Source: Prorocentrum cordatum (Eukaryota). Taken from it: a DNA stretch of 64,000 nt. Positions 23,869 to 36,480 of this stretch are shown here, one piece after another. The stretch lies in assembly GCA_963575745.1 (NCBI GenBank), contig CAUYUJ010000181.1, positions 558,001 to 622,000 of the forward strand, written 5' to 3'. The notes beneath the pieces were generated by a model. It saw nothing but the letters and a program-made list of their open reading frames with translations, did no database searches and was not told the origin of the DNA. How positions within the stretch are numbered: position 1 is the first letter of the stretch; each line of letters begins with the position of its first letter. The position numbers were made by a program, and so were the translations under genes.

Positions 23869-24837
23869 CAAAAAAAAGAAAACAGAAAAGAAGAGCACAC
23901 ACAGAGAAAACAAACAAATCGAAGGGGGGACACGTTGGCGGCTATAGAGGACACGCAGGAGGATGAGGTGCAGGATCAGGAGGGCGAGGAAGCAAGGGGA
24001 CTCACGAAGATCTTCCCAGCGCTGCGGAATCCTACTGGCTCATTGTTGCTACCTGCAGGCGCGAGTGCATCTGACGCCCTGGACCCCTCGTTCTACCTCC
24101 TGCCTGACGCACCCACACTTTCCCCTCGCCGTCCATTTTCACGCCGATTCGCTTCGTCAGTATGCTTCGCTTTGTCTCCTCGTTGGTTGTTCCCCCCTCC
24201 CCTCCCTCCCCTTCTTTGCGACGCGCCGTGCTCTGCGGGAGCCGCGGGGAACTCCTTGGACAAGCGCGAGCCGAAGCAGGTCGACGAGGCGGCCGATGGT
24301 CAAAGCGCCGGCGGGTACGACGCTCCAGCTAGGTTCGCAAAGACGTGACCGGTTGCGTCGCCTTGTAGGGGGCAAGTACAGTAGGGGTCCGACCACAAGA
24401 AGCCTTCCTCAAGAAACCCAACCCTGAGACCCCAGGACGTCCATTGATTTTTGGCGTGGGAGCGTCACGCTTTCCATGGCAAAACCATCGAAACCGAAGA
24501 AACCCAGGGCACCCTGGAGGCAAGCGGGGTGTTTCTTGGCATGGCCCTCCACCGTACCACGTCGCCGTGTGCGCGGGCCTGCCAAAGGCGGCGGCTACAG
24601 CAAGGCAAGGAGCGGAGTGACTGCCGACGGTCTGGACAAGAAGGCCTTCGATGGCGGCGACGGGGCGACCGGGCACGACCTCGACTGGAGCCGGACAGCA
24701 CAGGGCAGCTCTCCGACGGCACCGTCTCAAAGCAGGTCCACTCCCCGAAGGTCCAGCGGACGGCAGCGACGGCAGGGCAGCCCTGCCCGGGAGGATTTTC
24801 CGAGCGCGGGCCTGGCCCCAGGAAGGAAGGAGCAGGC

Positions 24838-25292
24838 GGAGGAGGAGGAGGGGGAGGAGGAGGAGGAGGAGGAGGAGGAGGAGGAGGAGGAGGAGGAGGA
24901 GGAGGAGGAGGAGGAGGAGGACGACGGGGAGGAGAAAAAGAAGGAGGAGGAGGAGGAGGAGGAGGAGGAGGACGGGGAGGAGAAAAAGAAGGAGGAGGAG
25001 GAGGAGGAGGAGGAGGAGGAGGAGGAGGAGGAGGAGGAGGATGGGGAAGAGGAGGCAGGGGAGGAGGAGGAGGCGGAGGAGGAGGGGGAGGAGGAGGAGG
25101 AGGAGGAGGAAGAGGATGAGGAGATGGAGGAGGAGGACGAGGAGGAGGACGAGGAGGACGAGGAGGAGGACGAGGAGGAGGACGAGGAGGACGAGGAGGA
25201 GGACGAGGAGGAGGAGGAGGAGGAGGAGGAGGAGAAGGAGGAGGGCGAGGAGGAGGAGGACGACGGGGAGGAGAAAAAGAAGGAGGAGGAGG
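24838..25292. repeat. (GAG)n compound microsatellite
   Basis: Direct reading. Confidence 0.95.
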
Positions 25293-25705
25293 CGCGGGCG
25301 ATGCGCCCCGAGGACGAGGCCCCGGGGGCGGCCCCCTACGGCCGCAGGCGACGAGGACGCGAGGCGAGGCGCCCTGTGCTCTCATGGGGCACCCCGGGGG
25401 AGCGCAACGGCACGGTCGGGGTCGGCGGCGCGCACGAGGGGGGGGTGACCTTCGAAGAAGGCGGGGGAGCTTCCAAGGAGGGAAGGGCCGTCTCAGAAGG
25501 CCTCGGAGGCTTCGAGGGAGGCCACTTGGAAGCCGGGTGGGCTTCTAAGGAGGCCCATGCCTTCGTCGAGCTTTGCCCGCCTTCTTCGAAGGCCGCACCC
25601 CTCGCGCTACCCCCTTGTGGGTGCCGCCAGCGGTGGCCGTGCAAAGGACTGCACTTCCCGCTGCGGTGCGGCCGGCAGGACGGGCCACTCCGAGCAGGGA
25701 GCGGA

Positions 25706-25850
25706 CAAGCGCGTTCCCCTACTCGCAAAGTAACTACTCGCAAATGGCCTGCATCCGCCATGGGGGGGGTTACGATACATTACATGGATGTAGACATGCG
25801 TTTTTCGAACGTTTGCGAGTAGGCACTTTGCGAGTAGTGGAACGCGCTTG
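25706..25850. mobile_element. 145-bp MITE with ~40-bp TIRs
   Basis: CAAGCGCGTTCCCCTACTCGCAAAGTAACTACTCGCAAA ... TTTGCGAGTAGGCACTTTGCGAGTAGTGGAACGCGCTTG. Confidence 0.8.
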
Positions 25851-25869
25851 GTGAGGGCAGGCGGAGGGT

Positions 25870-26440
25870 CGCGGCGGCACGGGGTGGGCCGAAACAGGCG
25901 GGGAACCGCAAGCGAGGACGGCCACTGGGGTCTTCGGTCGAGCTTCCTATATATATGGGGCCACGAACCGTGTGAGGGGTGTCGCAAAGCATGTGAGAGG
26001 AGTGCCGAAATGGTCGGGGAGCCAGATGCAAGAACAGCCACTGGGATCTTCGGTGGAGCTGCCTATCGGGCCACGAAACGTGAGGGGTGTTCCGAAGTGG
26101 GCAGGAAACCGCATGTGAGAACGGCCACGGGGGCCTTCGGTGGAAATTCCTCTGTTGCCACGAGACGTGTGAGGGGTCTGTGAAGCCACGAATCGAGCGA
26201 TGATCGTGCCGAAATGGGGGGAACCGCATGCGAGGACGGCAACCAAGGTCGTCGGTGAAGCTCCCTATGAAACCACCGAACGTGTGATGGGTGTTCCGAA
26301 ATGTGCGGGAAACCGCATGCGAAGACGGCCACTGGGGACGTCGGGGGAGCTCCCTGTGGGGCCACGAACCGTGTGAGGGGTATGCCGAAACTTTCTGGGT
26401 ACCGCATGCAAGGGGGTGCGCCGAAATGGGCGTGGCAGCC
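25870..26440 (-). repeat. ~86-bp satellite (family A), reverse orientation
   Basis: GGGGCCACGAAMCGTGTGAGGGG...CCGCATG units, the reverse complement of the 1-560 unit. Confidence 0.85.
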
Positions 26441-27179
26441 TAGGGACGATAAGGATGAGGATGAGGATGAGCATGATGACGACAACGACGACGGCGACGA
26501 CGACGACGATGAGGATGAGGATACGGATAAGGATGACAAGAACGACGACGACGATGACGATGACGACACTGCAAGGAGGAGGAGGACGAGGAGGAGGATG
26601 GGGATGCTGATGCTGATTGTGATGGTGAATAATGATGGTGATGCTGACGAAGCTGATGATGACGATGATGACGGCGTGATGGTGAGTCAGGGATGGGAGG
26701 AGGGAGGAGGGAGAGGAGGACAGGAGACGGAGGAGAGGACGCGGGACGCTGTCACTTCAAAACGAAGACCTGACACCACGGGACGGCTGGAGAGAAAGGA
26801 GTGAGGGCGGGAGGGAGGGAGTGATGCGGGGGGAGGCCCGCCCCTGCTGCAATCCACAGCAGGCGAGCAGCGCACGCGCGCGCGCGCGACGGGTCGCCTA
26901 AGGCCGTCTCCGAGAACCCGTTGGAGGGCTCTTCGGCTGGATCCTCGAGGCACGTCCTCGCCCGTCCCTTTGTGCGCAGATGCACAGCTGTCCCAACCCG
27001 TCCTGCTGCTCCTCGCCGTCGTCGTCGTCGTCGTCGTCCTCCTCCTCCTCCTCCTCCGCTTCCTCCTCCTCCTTCCCCTTCTCGTTGCTCCCTCCTTATC
27101 AGAAACCATCTCGGGTCTAGCGAGCCTTGGTTCTAGCCAGCTGCTTGCCTCGGATAAGCCCAAAGCTGGAGCACCAAAT

Positions 27180-27900
27180 GCGCATGCTTTGGCGCCGTCA
27201 AAGATATCTTCTTCGTGCTGGTGAACGCTGAGCGGGCCCGTTCATGCCACCTCGGGTTGTGTTTCTTGGCTATCTACCGGAAGCCCCACCGCGCTTCTCT
27301 GGGGCTGTTATCCAAGATCTGAATGTCCCACCGCGCTGGCCAAGGTCTTCTTCGTTGGCGTGTGTCTCTGGTATCGCTGGGCATGGCAATTTTCATTGTG
27401 GTCGTGGGTGTCTCCTGCACGTTCGATTTCGTCGGCGGGCTCAGCCGCGTGCGTAGGGGATACCTGCGGGCGGTGCGGCACGCCGGCTTGCGGCAGTGGT
27501 GGCGCCGAGCGGTATCATTTGTGCTCATCTCTACGATTGTCATGGCTATCGTTGCTTCGGGTACAGACGCCTTATCTCTTGCAGCTCTGATATGCAATAC
27601 GTCATGTCCTCGCCTCTGCGGGGTATGATGCGGTTTGGGTTCATATGCATTGTGGGTCTTGGGCGACGCCTTTTGTCAACGGTCGACGAGTGGAGCTGTG
27701 GCTTGTATGCGCAGATTGTGCTCGGTGGCTTTCGGTTCTGGTATATGTGCACGTGTGCTCTTTGCCACGCCCGTGTGCTTCATTGCTGGGCTAAGCCTGC
27801 TGCTGCGTTGGTGATGCCCGCCGTTGGGCGCCTGCTTGTTCGTGCTGCTCGCGTGCTCATCACGCTCCTGCGCCTGCAGCCCTGGCTGCGGTCCCTGGGT
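27180..27900 (-). pseudogene. decayed LINE apurinic endonuclease (APE) fragment
   Basis: Frameshifted peptides HTGVA...TICAYKPQ...DKRR and ILDN...RW resemble APE motifs (GVA; AYAP; IDY). Confidence 0.4.
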
Positions 27901-28429
27901 GTGGTCGTTGATGTCGTCCTGCGCCCGCTGCCAGGCAACTTCGGCCCCGGCTGGCCGCTCTGGCGCGCTCATCTTTTTGTTTGGCTCTACGCCGCTCGAA
28001 GGCACCAGGAACAGTCGCCAGCTGCTGTGAGCAAAGCAGCTGGCCGCTCTGGCGCGCTCATCCTGGAACTCTTTCCGCGGTGAGTGCCATCCACCTCCTG
28101 TCCTCTGCGGCCGCCCCGCCCCGCCCTGCCCGTCGCCTGCAGCCGGCCAATTCTAGTCTGCCGAGCGCCCCCAGCAACCCCCCTCCGCCTCCTCCTCCCG
28201 CCTCCGCGTCCCTCTTCCCCCTTCCCATTTCTCCTCCAGGAGACGCCCAGTAGGACCCGAAGGGGCCTCCAAACAGGCCCTCAGGAGACCTCCCAAGAGA
28301 CTCAAAAAGGCATCTAAGAGGACTCTGGCTCACAACCCAAAAACCAGGCGTGGTAGCGCATCAGGCCGAAGACCACTACTTCTGCGGACCGCTGTTGGCT
28401 TGCCACAGGGGTACACGGCGTGCCAGAAT

Positions 28430-29350
28430 TCTTCGGGTTTTGATTATGTAAAAAAAGGCTGTCCCGGTGGAGTTTCACACGATCGTGCCGGCCTCGCGGG
28501 AGGCTCCCCGACTATGTCTCCCGTTGCCCAGATCGCCTCCAAGACGGCCAAGATGGCCTCGATTGTGCCCCAAAGACGGCCAATATGTTTCCAAGAGAGC
28601 CTGAGATGGCCCCAAGATGTCTCCACGACGGGCCGAGATGCACCCAAGACGGCCCGAGACGTCCTCCAGACGGCCCAAGAGGCCCCGAAGACGCCCCAAG
28701 AGGGCTCCAAAAGGACCTCCAGGAGGCAAACATCCTTGATTCCCCATTTGTGTTTCAATGATTCTAGCGGTCTCGCCTTTTCGGGCTTCCGACGCTCCAA
28801 AACGGCCCCATAGGCCCCCAAGGTCGCCCCGAGAGGCCCCCCAAGATGCCTGCAGGAAGGCCCACGAGCGCCCCAAGATGGCCCAAAGGCCCCCGAGACG
28901 GCCCCGGGAGGGCCCCGGCAGACCTCCGAGACGGCCCTGCAGCGCCCAGGAGGGGACTCACGGCTGTCCGGAGCGGGCGCCAAGATGGCCTATGAAGGCC
29001 AGGAGGCCCCCCTGGAGGCAGGCCCACAGAGACCCCCAAGAGGCCCCAAACAGGCCCCCCCCTCCCGGGCGCCCCCAAGAGGTCCCGCAAGAGGCCCCCA
29101 GCAAGGCTCCCAGGAAGCCCACAGGAGCATCCTCTCCTCCTCCTCCTCCTCCTCCTCCTCCTCCTCCTCCTTCTAGTCCTCCTTCTCGTCTCTCTCCTCC
29201 TCCTCCTCCTCCTGCTCCTCCTCCATTATATTCCTCTCCCAACATGTTCCCCTGAGGGGTTCCACAATGGGGGATCACCCAACGCTTGACCGCATGGGCG
29301 ATTCCAAAAGGCTGGGGGGCGCAGTAATTCGCCGCAGACGTCTTCGATGT
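28430..29350 (+). repeat. interspersed repeat built of CCAAGA(C/T/G)GGCC motifs
   Basis: Dozens of CCCCAAGAGGCC / CCAAGATGGCC motifs. The segment TTTTCGGGCTTCCGACGCTCCAA matches TTTTCGGCTTCCCGACGCCCCAA in 55450-56225. Confidence 0.8.
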
Positions 29351-30227
29351 TCGCGGCACCATCGTTTTCGCTCACTCTTGGAATGCTAGAGAGCGCTCGA
29401 GCGAGACCTCAAATAATACCGAAACCCGAAACCCGTTCTCCCTGGAGCAATAGTAAGCCAAACGCTTCAGTGCTGAACTTCGTCCTGGGATTCAGTATGA
29501 GCATCGAAACAGGCATATGAGCGAGGCAATGTGAACCAAGCCAAGATCACACGTTTCGAACATAACATGCGAGACTCCTCATGCAGAGTCTGGTCAAGTC
29601 TCTGCAAACGGCCTCTCCTTCGCGTTCTGAACCAGATTCTTGGCCAACTCCGAGACGGACCACATCCTTACAGACGCAAACTCTCTGCTGCTGCCATGTC
29701 GTATACGGTCCCACTCCTCTCCACCTTGACGGGGAACGATCAAGGGGGGAAACATCAAGCGTAAATCAGCGATACATCGCAGATCGATCGGCGAAAATCC
29801 CACGGACAGCGAGGCCACGTGTTCCTAGGCGGAGTGGGCTGTCACGCGACAACGGCGCGCTTGGGAGTCAAAGCGTTCCCCCCCCTGAGCCTATCTACCA
29901 CTATCGTTGCCCTTGGCTCAGAGCAGGGCGAATGAACAAGCGGGAGCTCAAAGCCCGACCCAGGACCCCTCCCGAGGTCCAAACGCACCAACTTCCCGAG
30001 CTGCCTCCAGCTGTGGCGACGAGGGGCCCCCCCGAAGGCCAACTACTGTTGTCTCAACTCGCCCTCCTTGGATTGGCCACGGACCCTGGAATCCGACGCT
30101 GCGAAAATACTGCAACCGCGCGAGACAGTGCAACCCGAGCCTTCGACCCCATCCTCCTGCGTCATGCCTCGAGCGGGACCGAGCCGTGATGGTCCTGGGG
30201 CCCATAGCGAGGCAGACTCGCCCGTTG

Positions 30228-31100
30228 GGAGGAGGAGGAGGAGGAGGAGGAGGAGGAGGAGGAGGAGGAGGAGGAGGAGGAGGAGGAGGGGGAGGAGGGG
30301 GAGGAGGAGGAGGAGGAGGAGGAGGAGGAGGAGGAGGAGGAGGGGAGGAGGAGGAGGAGAGGAGGAGGAGGAGGAGGAGGAGGAGGAGGAGGGTCTCAGA
30401 GTCGGGCTCCCCGCCCCCGCCCTGCCGCCGCCGCCCCCCCCCCTCCCGGCCGCCGCCCCCGCCTCGACAGCCCCGGGGGGCGCTTGCGCGGAGGCCCGCG
30501 GCCCAGCATGTCCCGGCTGGACGTGGCGGTGCCGGAGGCCACGACGGCCTCGCGCTCTCCCGGCGGAGGGGGTCAGAGGGCGAGGAGCGGAGAAGCGCTG
30601 CAGGAGGAGGAGGAGGAGGAGGAGGAGGAGGAGGAGGAGGAGGAAGAGGAGGAGGAGGAGGACGGAGGGAGGAGGGAGGAGTGAGGAGAGAGGAGAGGAG
30701 GAGGAGGAGGAAGGGGAGGAGGAGGAGGAGAGGAGGGGAGGAGGAGGAGAGGAGGAGGAGGAGGAAGGAGGAGGAGGAGGAGGAGGAGGAGGAGAGGGGA
30801 AGGAGGAGGAGGAGGAGGAGAAGGAGGAGGAGGAGGAAGAGCGAGGATGAGGAGGGAGGAGGGTGGAGGAGGGGAAGGAGGAGGAGGAGGAGGAGGAGGA
30901 GGAGGAAGAGCGAGGATGAGGAGGGGGAGGGGGAGGAAGGGAGGAGGGAGGAGAGAGGAGGGAGGAGGAGGAGGATGAGGAAGATGACGAAGGAGGAGGA
31001 GGGGAGGAGGGCGGGGGGGGGAGGGGGAGGGGGAGGAGGAGGAGGAGGAGGAGGAGGAGGAGGAGGAGGAGGAGGAGGAGGAGGAGGAGGAGGAGGAGGA
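30228..31100. repeat. (GAG)n microsatellite blocks
   Basis: Direct reading; a short unique GC-rich island lies at ~30390-30600. Confidence 0.9.
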
Positions 31101-31740
31101 GGACCAGTGTAAGTCCAAGGGCCATCAATGATGTTGGAATGCGCCCTTCCTCCAAGCTCCCCCTTCATAGGCCCCTACAAGGGGTCACTTCCCCCGAGGT
31201 ACCTGCCTCGGGAAGACAGCCGTTTGAAGACCTTGAAGCATGGCAAAACATTGTTCTCGGGATTCCCCCCCCGAATCAACTTGAGTATTGCGTCTTGGCG
31301 ATCTTGAATCGTGCCAGAACGCCACTCCTGGGACTTCACCACTGCGAACCAATGTCATTGTTACACCCTCATAATCCTGAATCCTTCCAATGGGAATCCG
31401 TGAAACTCATGCAAATGTAAAGAACGAGTGTGCGCGGCGATAAAACGAGAACATCATTGCGGAAAGGAACCGCCCTCAATTCGTGAAACTCTTGTAAATC
31501 TTTAAAGCGAATGTGCGCGGCGCTAAAACGAGATCAACATGTTGAAAACCAGTCGCCCTCAATCAATGCTCGCGGCGCTAGGCCGAGAGCCACATCTTGA
31601 AAACGGCCCGCCCTCCATCTGCTGTCATGTTTCAATACCAAGAACACGAGCGGCGAGGAAGTCTCAGGCGAAACGCCGGGCCCACCCTAGGAACTAGCCT
31701 CGCGGTGCGACCGGGAAAACTTACTTATAAGGAAAAGGAA
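31100..31740 (-). mobile_element. (CCT)n-embedded interspersed element, copy 1
   Basis: Reverse-complement homologue of 38890-39675 and 51740-52628, sharing the ACTGGTCCTC end and GCTCTCG..TAGCGCCGCG subrepeats. Confidence 0.75.
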
Positions 31741-33047
31741 TTGAAAGGGAGAAAAAGGAGGAGGAGGAGGAGAAGGAGGGGGAGGGGGAGGGGGAGGAGG
31801 AGGAGGAGGAGGAGGAGGAGGAGAGGAGGGGAGGAGAGAGGAGGAGGGGAGGAGGAGGGGATGATGATGATGATGAGGAGGAGGAAGAGAGAGAGGAAGG
31901 AGGGGAGGAGGGGAGGAAAAGGGCGAGGAACGCTTCAGGAGCGGAGGCGAGGGGCAGGGTCGTCGTCGCCAGAGGCGGTGGGGGGGGGGGGCGCGAAGGC
32001 CTCGGGGAGAGCCCAGGCTTGAAGAGGATCGGCCCTGCTGTGCGGTTTTGCTGGCCTTCTGGAGGCCTCCGTCGGCGTCGGCGGCGTCGGCGTGGCCGTC
32101 GCCGTCGCGGTCGCCGTCGCCGTCGCCGTCGTCGTCGCGGTCGTCGTCGTCGTGGTCGCCGTCGACGCCGACGTCGTCGACGTCGACGACGTCGTCGTCG
32201 TCGTCGTCGTGGCAGCTCGTTGGCGCGGACCGCCCCAACCACGACGCGATTGCACTGTCGCGGAAGGGGGGGGGCCGAATGGACGGGCCCCGCCGGACGC
32301 TGGTGCGCTGGACCTGCTATAAGCCGGAGGAACTCCCGTGGACGTGGAGGACCGAGGAGGACATCGAAGGAACAAGAAGGAAACGGACGAGGAGGCGAGG
32401 GAAGCGGACGAGGAGAGCGAGGAAATGCGAGCAGATGGAAGGGGCGGCAACGGACGAGGAGGCAAAGGAGGAGAAGGATGCAGCGGACGAGAAGGACCCC
32501 GAGGAGGAATCGAATGAGAAAGCATTGAGGTTATAAGGGGGACGGCCAGAAAGAAGAGGAAGTAGCAAAACATGGAAAAAGAGGAAGTCGAAGAGAAACA
32601 TGATTACATTATACTTGTCCATGTCTCTCCCTTATCCTCTCTCTCTCTTGTTCTACGCCTAATTGGAACTTATGCAGAATTCCAGGAGCCTCCCCAGTGG
32701 AGGCCATGGGAGGCTCCACGGAGGCTCCTGGACGGGATGGGGCCCGGTGGGTTGCGGCCCCTGGCAAGCCGCGCCGCGTTTCCAGCATGTGAGACATGTG
32801 TGCTAGGATGGGCATGGAGACAACGTTGCGTCCAGCCTCGTCCTTCCCAGCGCGACCTTGCCGCCACTCATATTGTGCAAGGGGAGATGGCGATCCTGCA
32901 AGGGGTCCTTCCAGGACGACCCCCCCCCCCGAATTCTCGGAAGACCGCAGGATGCATTCCTTTTTCCTCATCCCCCTCATCAGTATATCATCGTCCTGCT
33001 TGCTGCTGCTCCCCCTCCCCCTCATCATCATCATCATCATCATCATC

Positions 33048-33260
33048 TTTGGACGCCCGAAATGGGTACTGAAAGAATGGGCACTATGCCCAACAACAAA
33101 TGTTGTCCCAAGCCAACAGCGGCCGCTGTTGGGCAGGCGGCCTCCTGTCTCGAATGGACACAGGCTGCGGCGGCGCGGACAGCGAATCCTGTTCAGAATG
33201 AACAGGAACTGCTGTTGGGCATTGTACCCATTCTTTCAGTACCCATTTCGGGCGTCCAGA
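33048..33260. mobile_element. ~210-bp MITE with ~48-bp TIRs inserted at a (CAT)n tract
   Basis: TGGACGCCCGAAATGGGTACTGAAAGAATGGG ... CCCATTCTTTCAGTACCCATTTCGGGCGTCCA; TCATC on both sides. Confidence 0.85.
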
Positions 33261-33499
33261 TCATCAGTGCTCCTACTTCCCGATCCCTCCTCCGGCTAAG
33301 ACAAACATAAAAAACAATCTCCGTGCAACGGAGGAAAACCCATTGCGACGGAGGGGGCGGAGCGGGCCTGCGAGACTGCGACCCGCACTGCGTACCGTGT
33401 GGGTGCCGACGGTTGGAGCCGATCCGCGCAGAAGTGTTTCAGCAGCTGCGCAAACACGTGTGCTCAAGGTTGCTCCGCACGTCCCTGGGGGCAGAGTGC

Positions 33500-36480
33500 A
33501 TCGGCACAAAATGGAATCCGTCGCCTCGTACTCAGCAGGAAAAAGGAATGCCTTCTGTTCCAGATCCAATGTTTCTGGGTTCGTTGGCATGAACTTGAGC
33601 AAGTCGTCGGTCCAACGTCTTTTTGGTTTGCACGGGCGGCGTTTGGCATTGGGTTCCCAGCGCAAGTTAGGATCCTACGATAAGGCTTGCCAGATCCATT
33701 ACGCCGCTGGTGTTTTTGCGACCCTGTAAAGCACTTCCACTGTTTTTTTTCGTCTTTGCTGCGCGACCCAATCATCGATATTGAGCAACTGAATGTACTC
33801 TTCCGCCTCCAGCGTGCTTCCCGCTGACCCAACCCACCCGAAACTCCAAACGCTCTGTGGATTACATTGCCGCCGGATTTTTTCCTCATCGTCCACTGCG
33901 CTGTCCACGTCGGCCTTGCTGTCGACTGTCCGTGAAGCATCATTATCCTCCTGGCCACTTTCCAGCTGTGGTTCTTTACTGCGCGGCGTTCGCATGACTA
34001 TTCTCAGCGTGTGCCTTTGGGCGCAACGCATCTTTCAAAAGAATTCTAGCTCCACGGTGAGGGTCCACGGTTCACATCCTTGCATTAATGCGGGCGTGGT
34101 ACCACCATCCGGACTCGCAGACAAGACCGGCGTCCAAAAAGTTCATGTTTGAGGAAGGGTAAGCTGTTCCTTGCCATTGACATACGATGACCCATCTTTT
34201 AGAAAAAAACGCAATTTTCGCCAAGGGAATTTGGTGTTTCCTGTCAACTGTTCGATATCGGTATCCATGCCCTCGGTGTTGACGACGCATGCTGTCTGAT
34301 ATTTCTTCGTTTCGCCGTTACTGTTGCGGGATCTACTTGTCGTTTTCTAAACGCAAAGCTAAGCCTCCTCCGCCATTCTATGCGGGTCGCTGACCAGCTG
34401 GGCAACATGCTTCAAGGATGTGGCAATAAAATATGACATCTGCAAGGCGTAACTTACTCATCCGTGATTTGTTCGACAGCAATGGTACTCCAATCCTCGC
34501 TTTCACCCCCTGTATTTTGACTTCACGGATGACACATTCTGGAAGGCGAATGAAAAGAAGGGAGCTGAGTGGGTCTCCCTGCTTTTCCCCACGTTGGATT
34601 GTTAGTGTATGGTTTTTGCCATCTGCTCTTGCGGATGTTGTTTGGTCACGGCTTAGTCATGGTAAGGATCCAGCACTGCCTGGATATATCCTCCTTCAAC
34701 GCCCTGGTCGGCTAACGCATCCATTCCCCTAACAGTGACGCTGTCGAATGCTTCTGGATGTCCAGTGCCACTGCCACTGCCCACAACGGTGGTATTCGTC
34801 ATCTGTTTATTGTGGCAGCGCAGTTGTAAAGAGGTCGTCTGCCGTATCACGCCGCGGTCGGACACCAGCCTGGACCGGACCCTGCTCCTTGTCAAGCACT
34901 TGTATCACTCGACTGTAAAATAATATTGTAAGCAGATTGTAAAAATTGTATGAGGAAAATGAGTCCAACATTTTGCGGCAGACTCGGGTCCCCATTGTTG
35001 AAGATTGCTCTGACCACTCTGTGCTTCCATTTCTTGGCGTCGGCGGTATTCGGCTGATTACGTGGTTGTACAGCAAAAGAAAAAACTGTCGAAACGCCGT
35101 GCCTGTAGAACTGCTCATCTCAGAAGCAATGCAATTGCTGGCTGCCGGTTTTCACTTTTGTTCCACCACTTCAATCCAATATCCAAGATTTGTGCGGAAC
35201 CCAACAGGTGCATTGAAGCACTTGAGGCCGCTACTCTCAGAATCACAATTCAGATCAGAATTCAACTTGCCATGCAAATCAGCAAACATGTCCGCTATAT
35301 CTTGCCGTCCGTGCTGAACCTTTCCACTTCATGTTTGCCATATGTGTAACGAGATTAACCGCATTTTGGGATTCAAGGCCAGATGTCTTTTGAACATTCC
35401 GGTACTGGGATCATAGATGGCCGAACTGCATTATCCTGTTCTCTCTGGTCGTGCTTCGGATTGTGTTCGAGATCTCGTTGTTGAGAACTTTGCTTGACTG
35501 AAGGGTCGTTTGTGTTGCACTCGTGCATCTTCTACAATATCGCATCCAATCCGTCATCCCCCGTCTGCTTAAGAGTAGATCGCAATTTTGTCGAACCAAC
35601 ATCGATTCAAATATGTTCCGCCCCGCGTGTTCACAACTGGGGGGCATTCCGTTTCGAAGACATCAGGTAGTTGCCGAGTTCCCTGGGCGATGGTGCGTTG
35701 GAGTGCCTCCATATCTTGCGGAGGCGATCGTGCCAGATGTGTCTGGCCGTCGCGCTTGCTTTTGGTATTCCTCTTCGTCTTGGCACCCTCCCTCAGGCCA
35801 GCACTGCGAAGCCTGAGCGCTGCGTGGTCGGATCCAAGGTCTGCGGTCTCTCGTCGTTCCGCAATCCTTGATGGTTCTCTAGAAATAGCGGCTTACCAAA
35901 CAAACCTTGCATGTGGATTGAGATATTGTCTGGCCCACGGTATGCACATATATCCAACCGCTTGGCTCGAAACGTGTAGTTGGTATCTTCATGATTCGCG
36001 CCTCCGCCCATTGTCTAAGCCAGTGCCCCCGTGCGCCCGCCTGCCCATAGCCAATCGAGCCCGCGTTCTTCGATCCGTCCTTGCCTCCCTCTCCAGCCTG
36101 AGCATTGCAGCCCGCTCCAGCAAAGAACAGATGATGCTGTTCGGCATCTGTATGGACTCCACGGGAACAGTCTCATAAACCGACGGTAAATGGGCATCCG
36201 CATAACCACTGTGGGTGAAATATGCCGCAACTGATCGCTGCCGAAATCATCGACTACAAACGTCTGAAGATCCAATCCTTTCGACAACAAATCGAAATGT
36301 CAGACATGTTTTCTCCATCTTTTGTACGCGAACCTTGCTAATCTATGTAATGGCTTGGTACTCACAACTCCCATAAATACGCTTCCACCCTCTGTGATCC
36401 AAAACACCTCCACAATCGTTTGCCATTTCATTCAGCATCTCTGTGATCCTGTCGTTATCCGTCGTCCCCCGTCACGTTCT
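33500..36480 (-). mobile_element. decayed RTE-like non-LTR retrotransposon (APE endonuclease + reverse transcriptase), many stops and frameshifts
   Basis: Motifs in the expected order on the minus strand: AAYFTHSGYAD, AGCNAQAG...ARGHWLRQW, KRLDI (APE); LDKEQGPVQAGVRPRRDTADDLFT, AFDSV, RGEKQGDPLSSLLF, LRLADV (RT); WEPNAKRRPCKPKRRWTDD (RTE C-terminus). Confidence 0.85.

Noticed and set aside
24476..25822. 448-aa acidic poly-Glu protein
   Set aside because: Mostly (GAG)n running into other repeats; only 24540-24835 might be an exon.
27105..27137. Degenerate spliced-leader relics (also TTTGGCTCAG at ~54511-54520, minus strand)
   Set aside because: Matches are too short or divergent to distinguish from chance.
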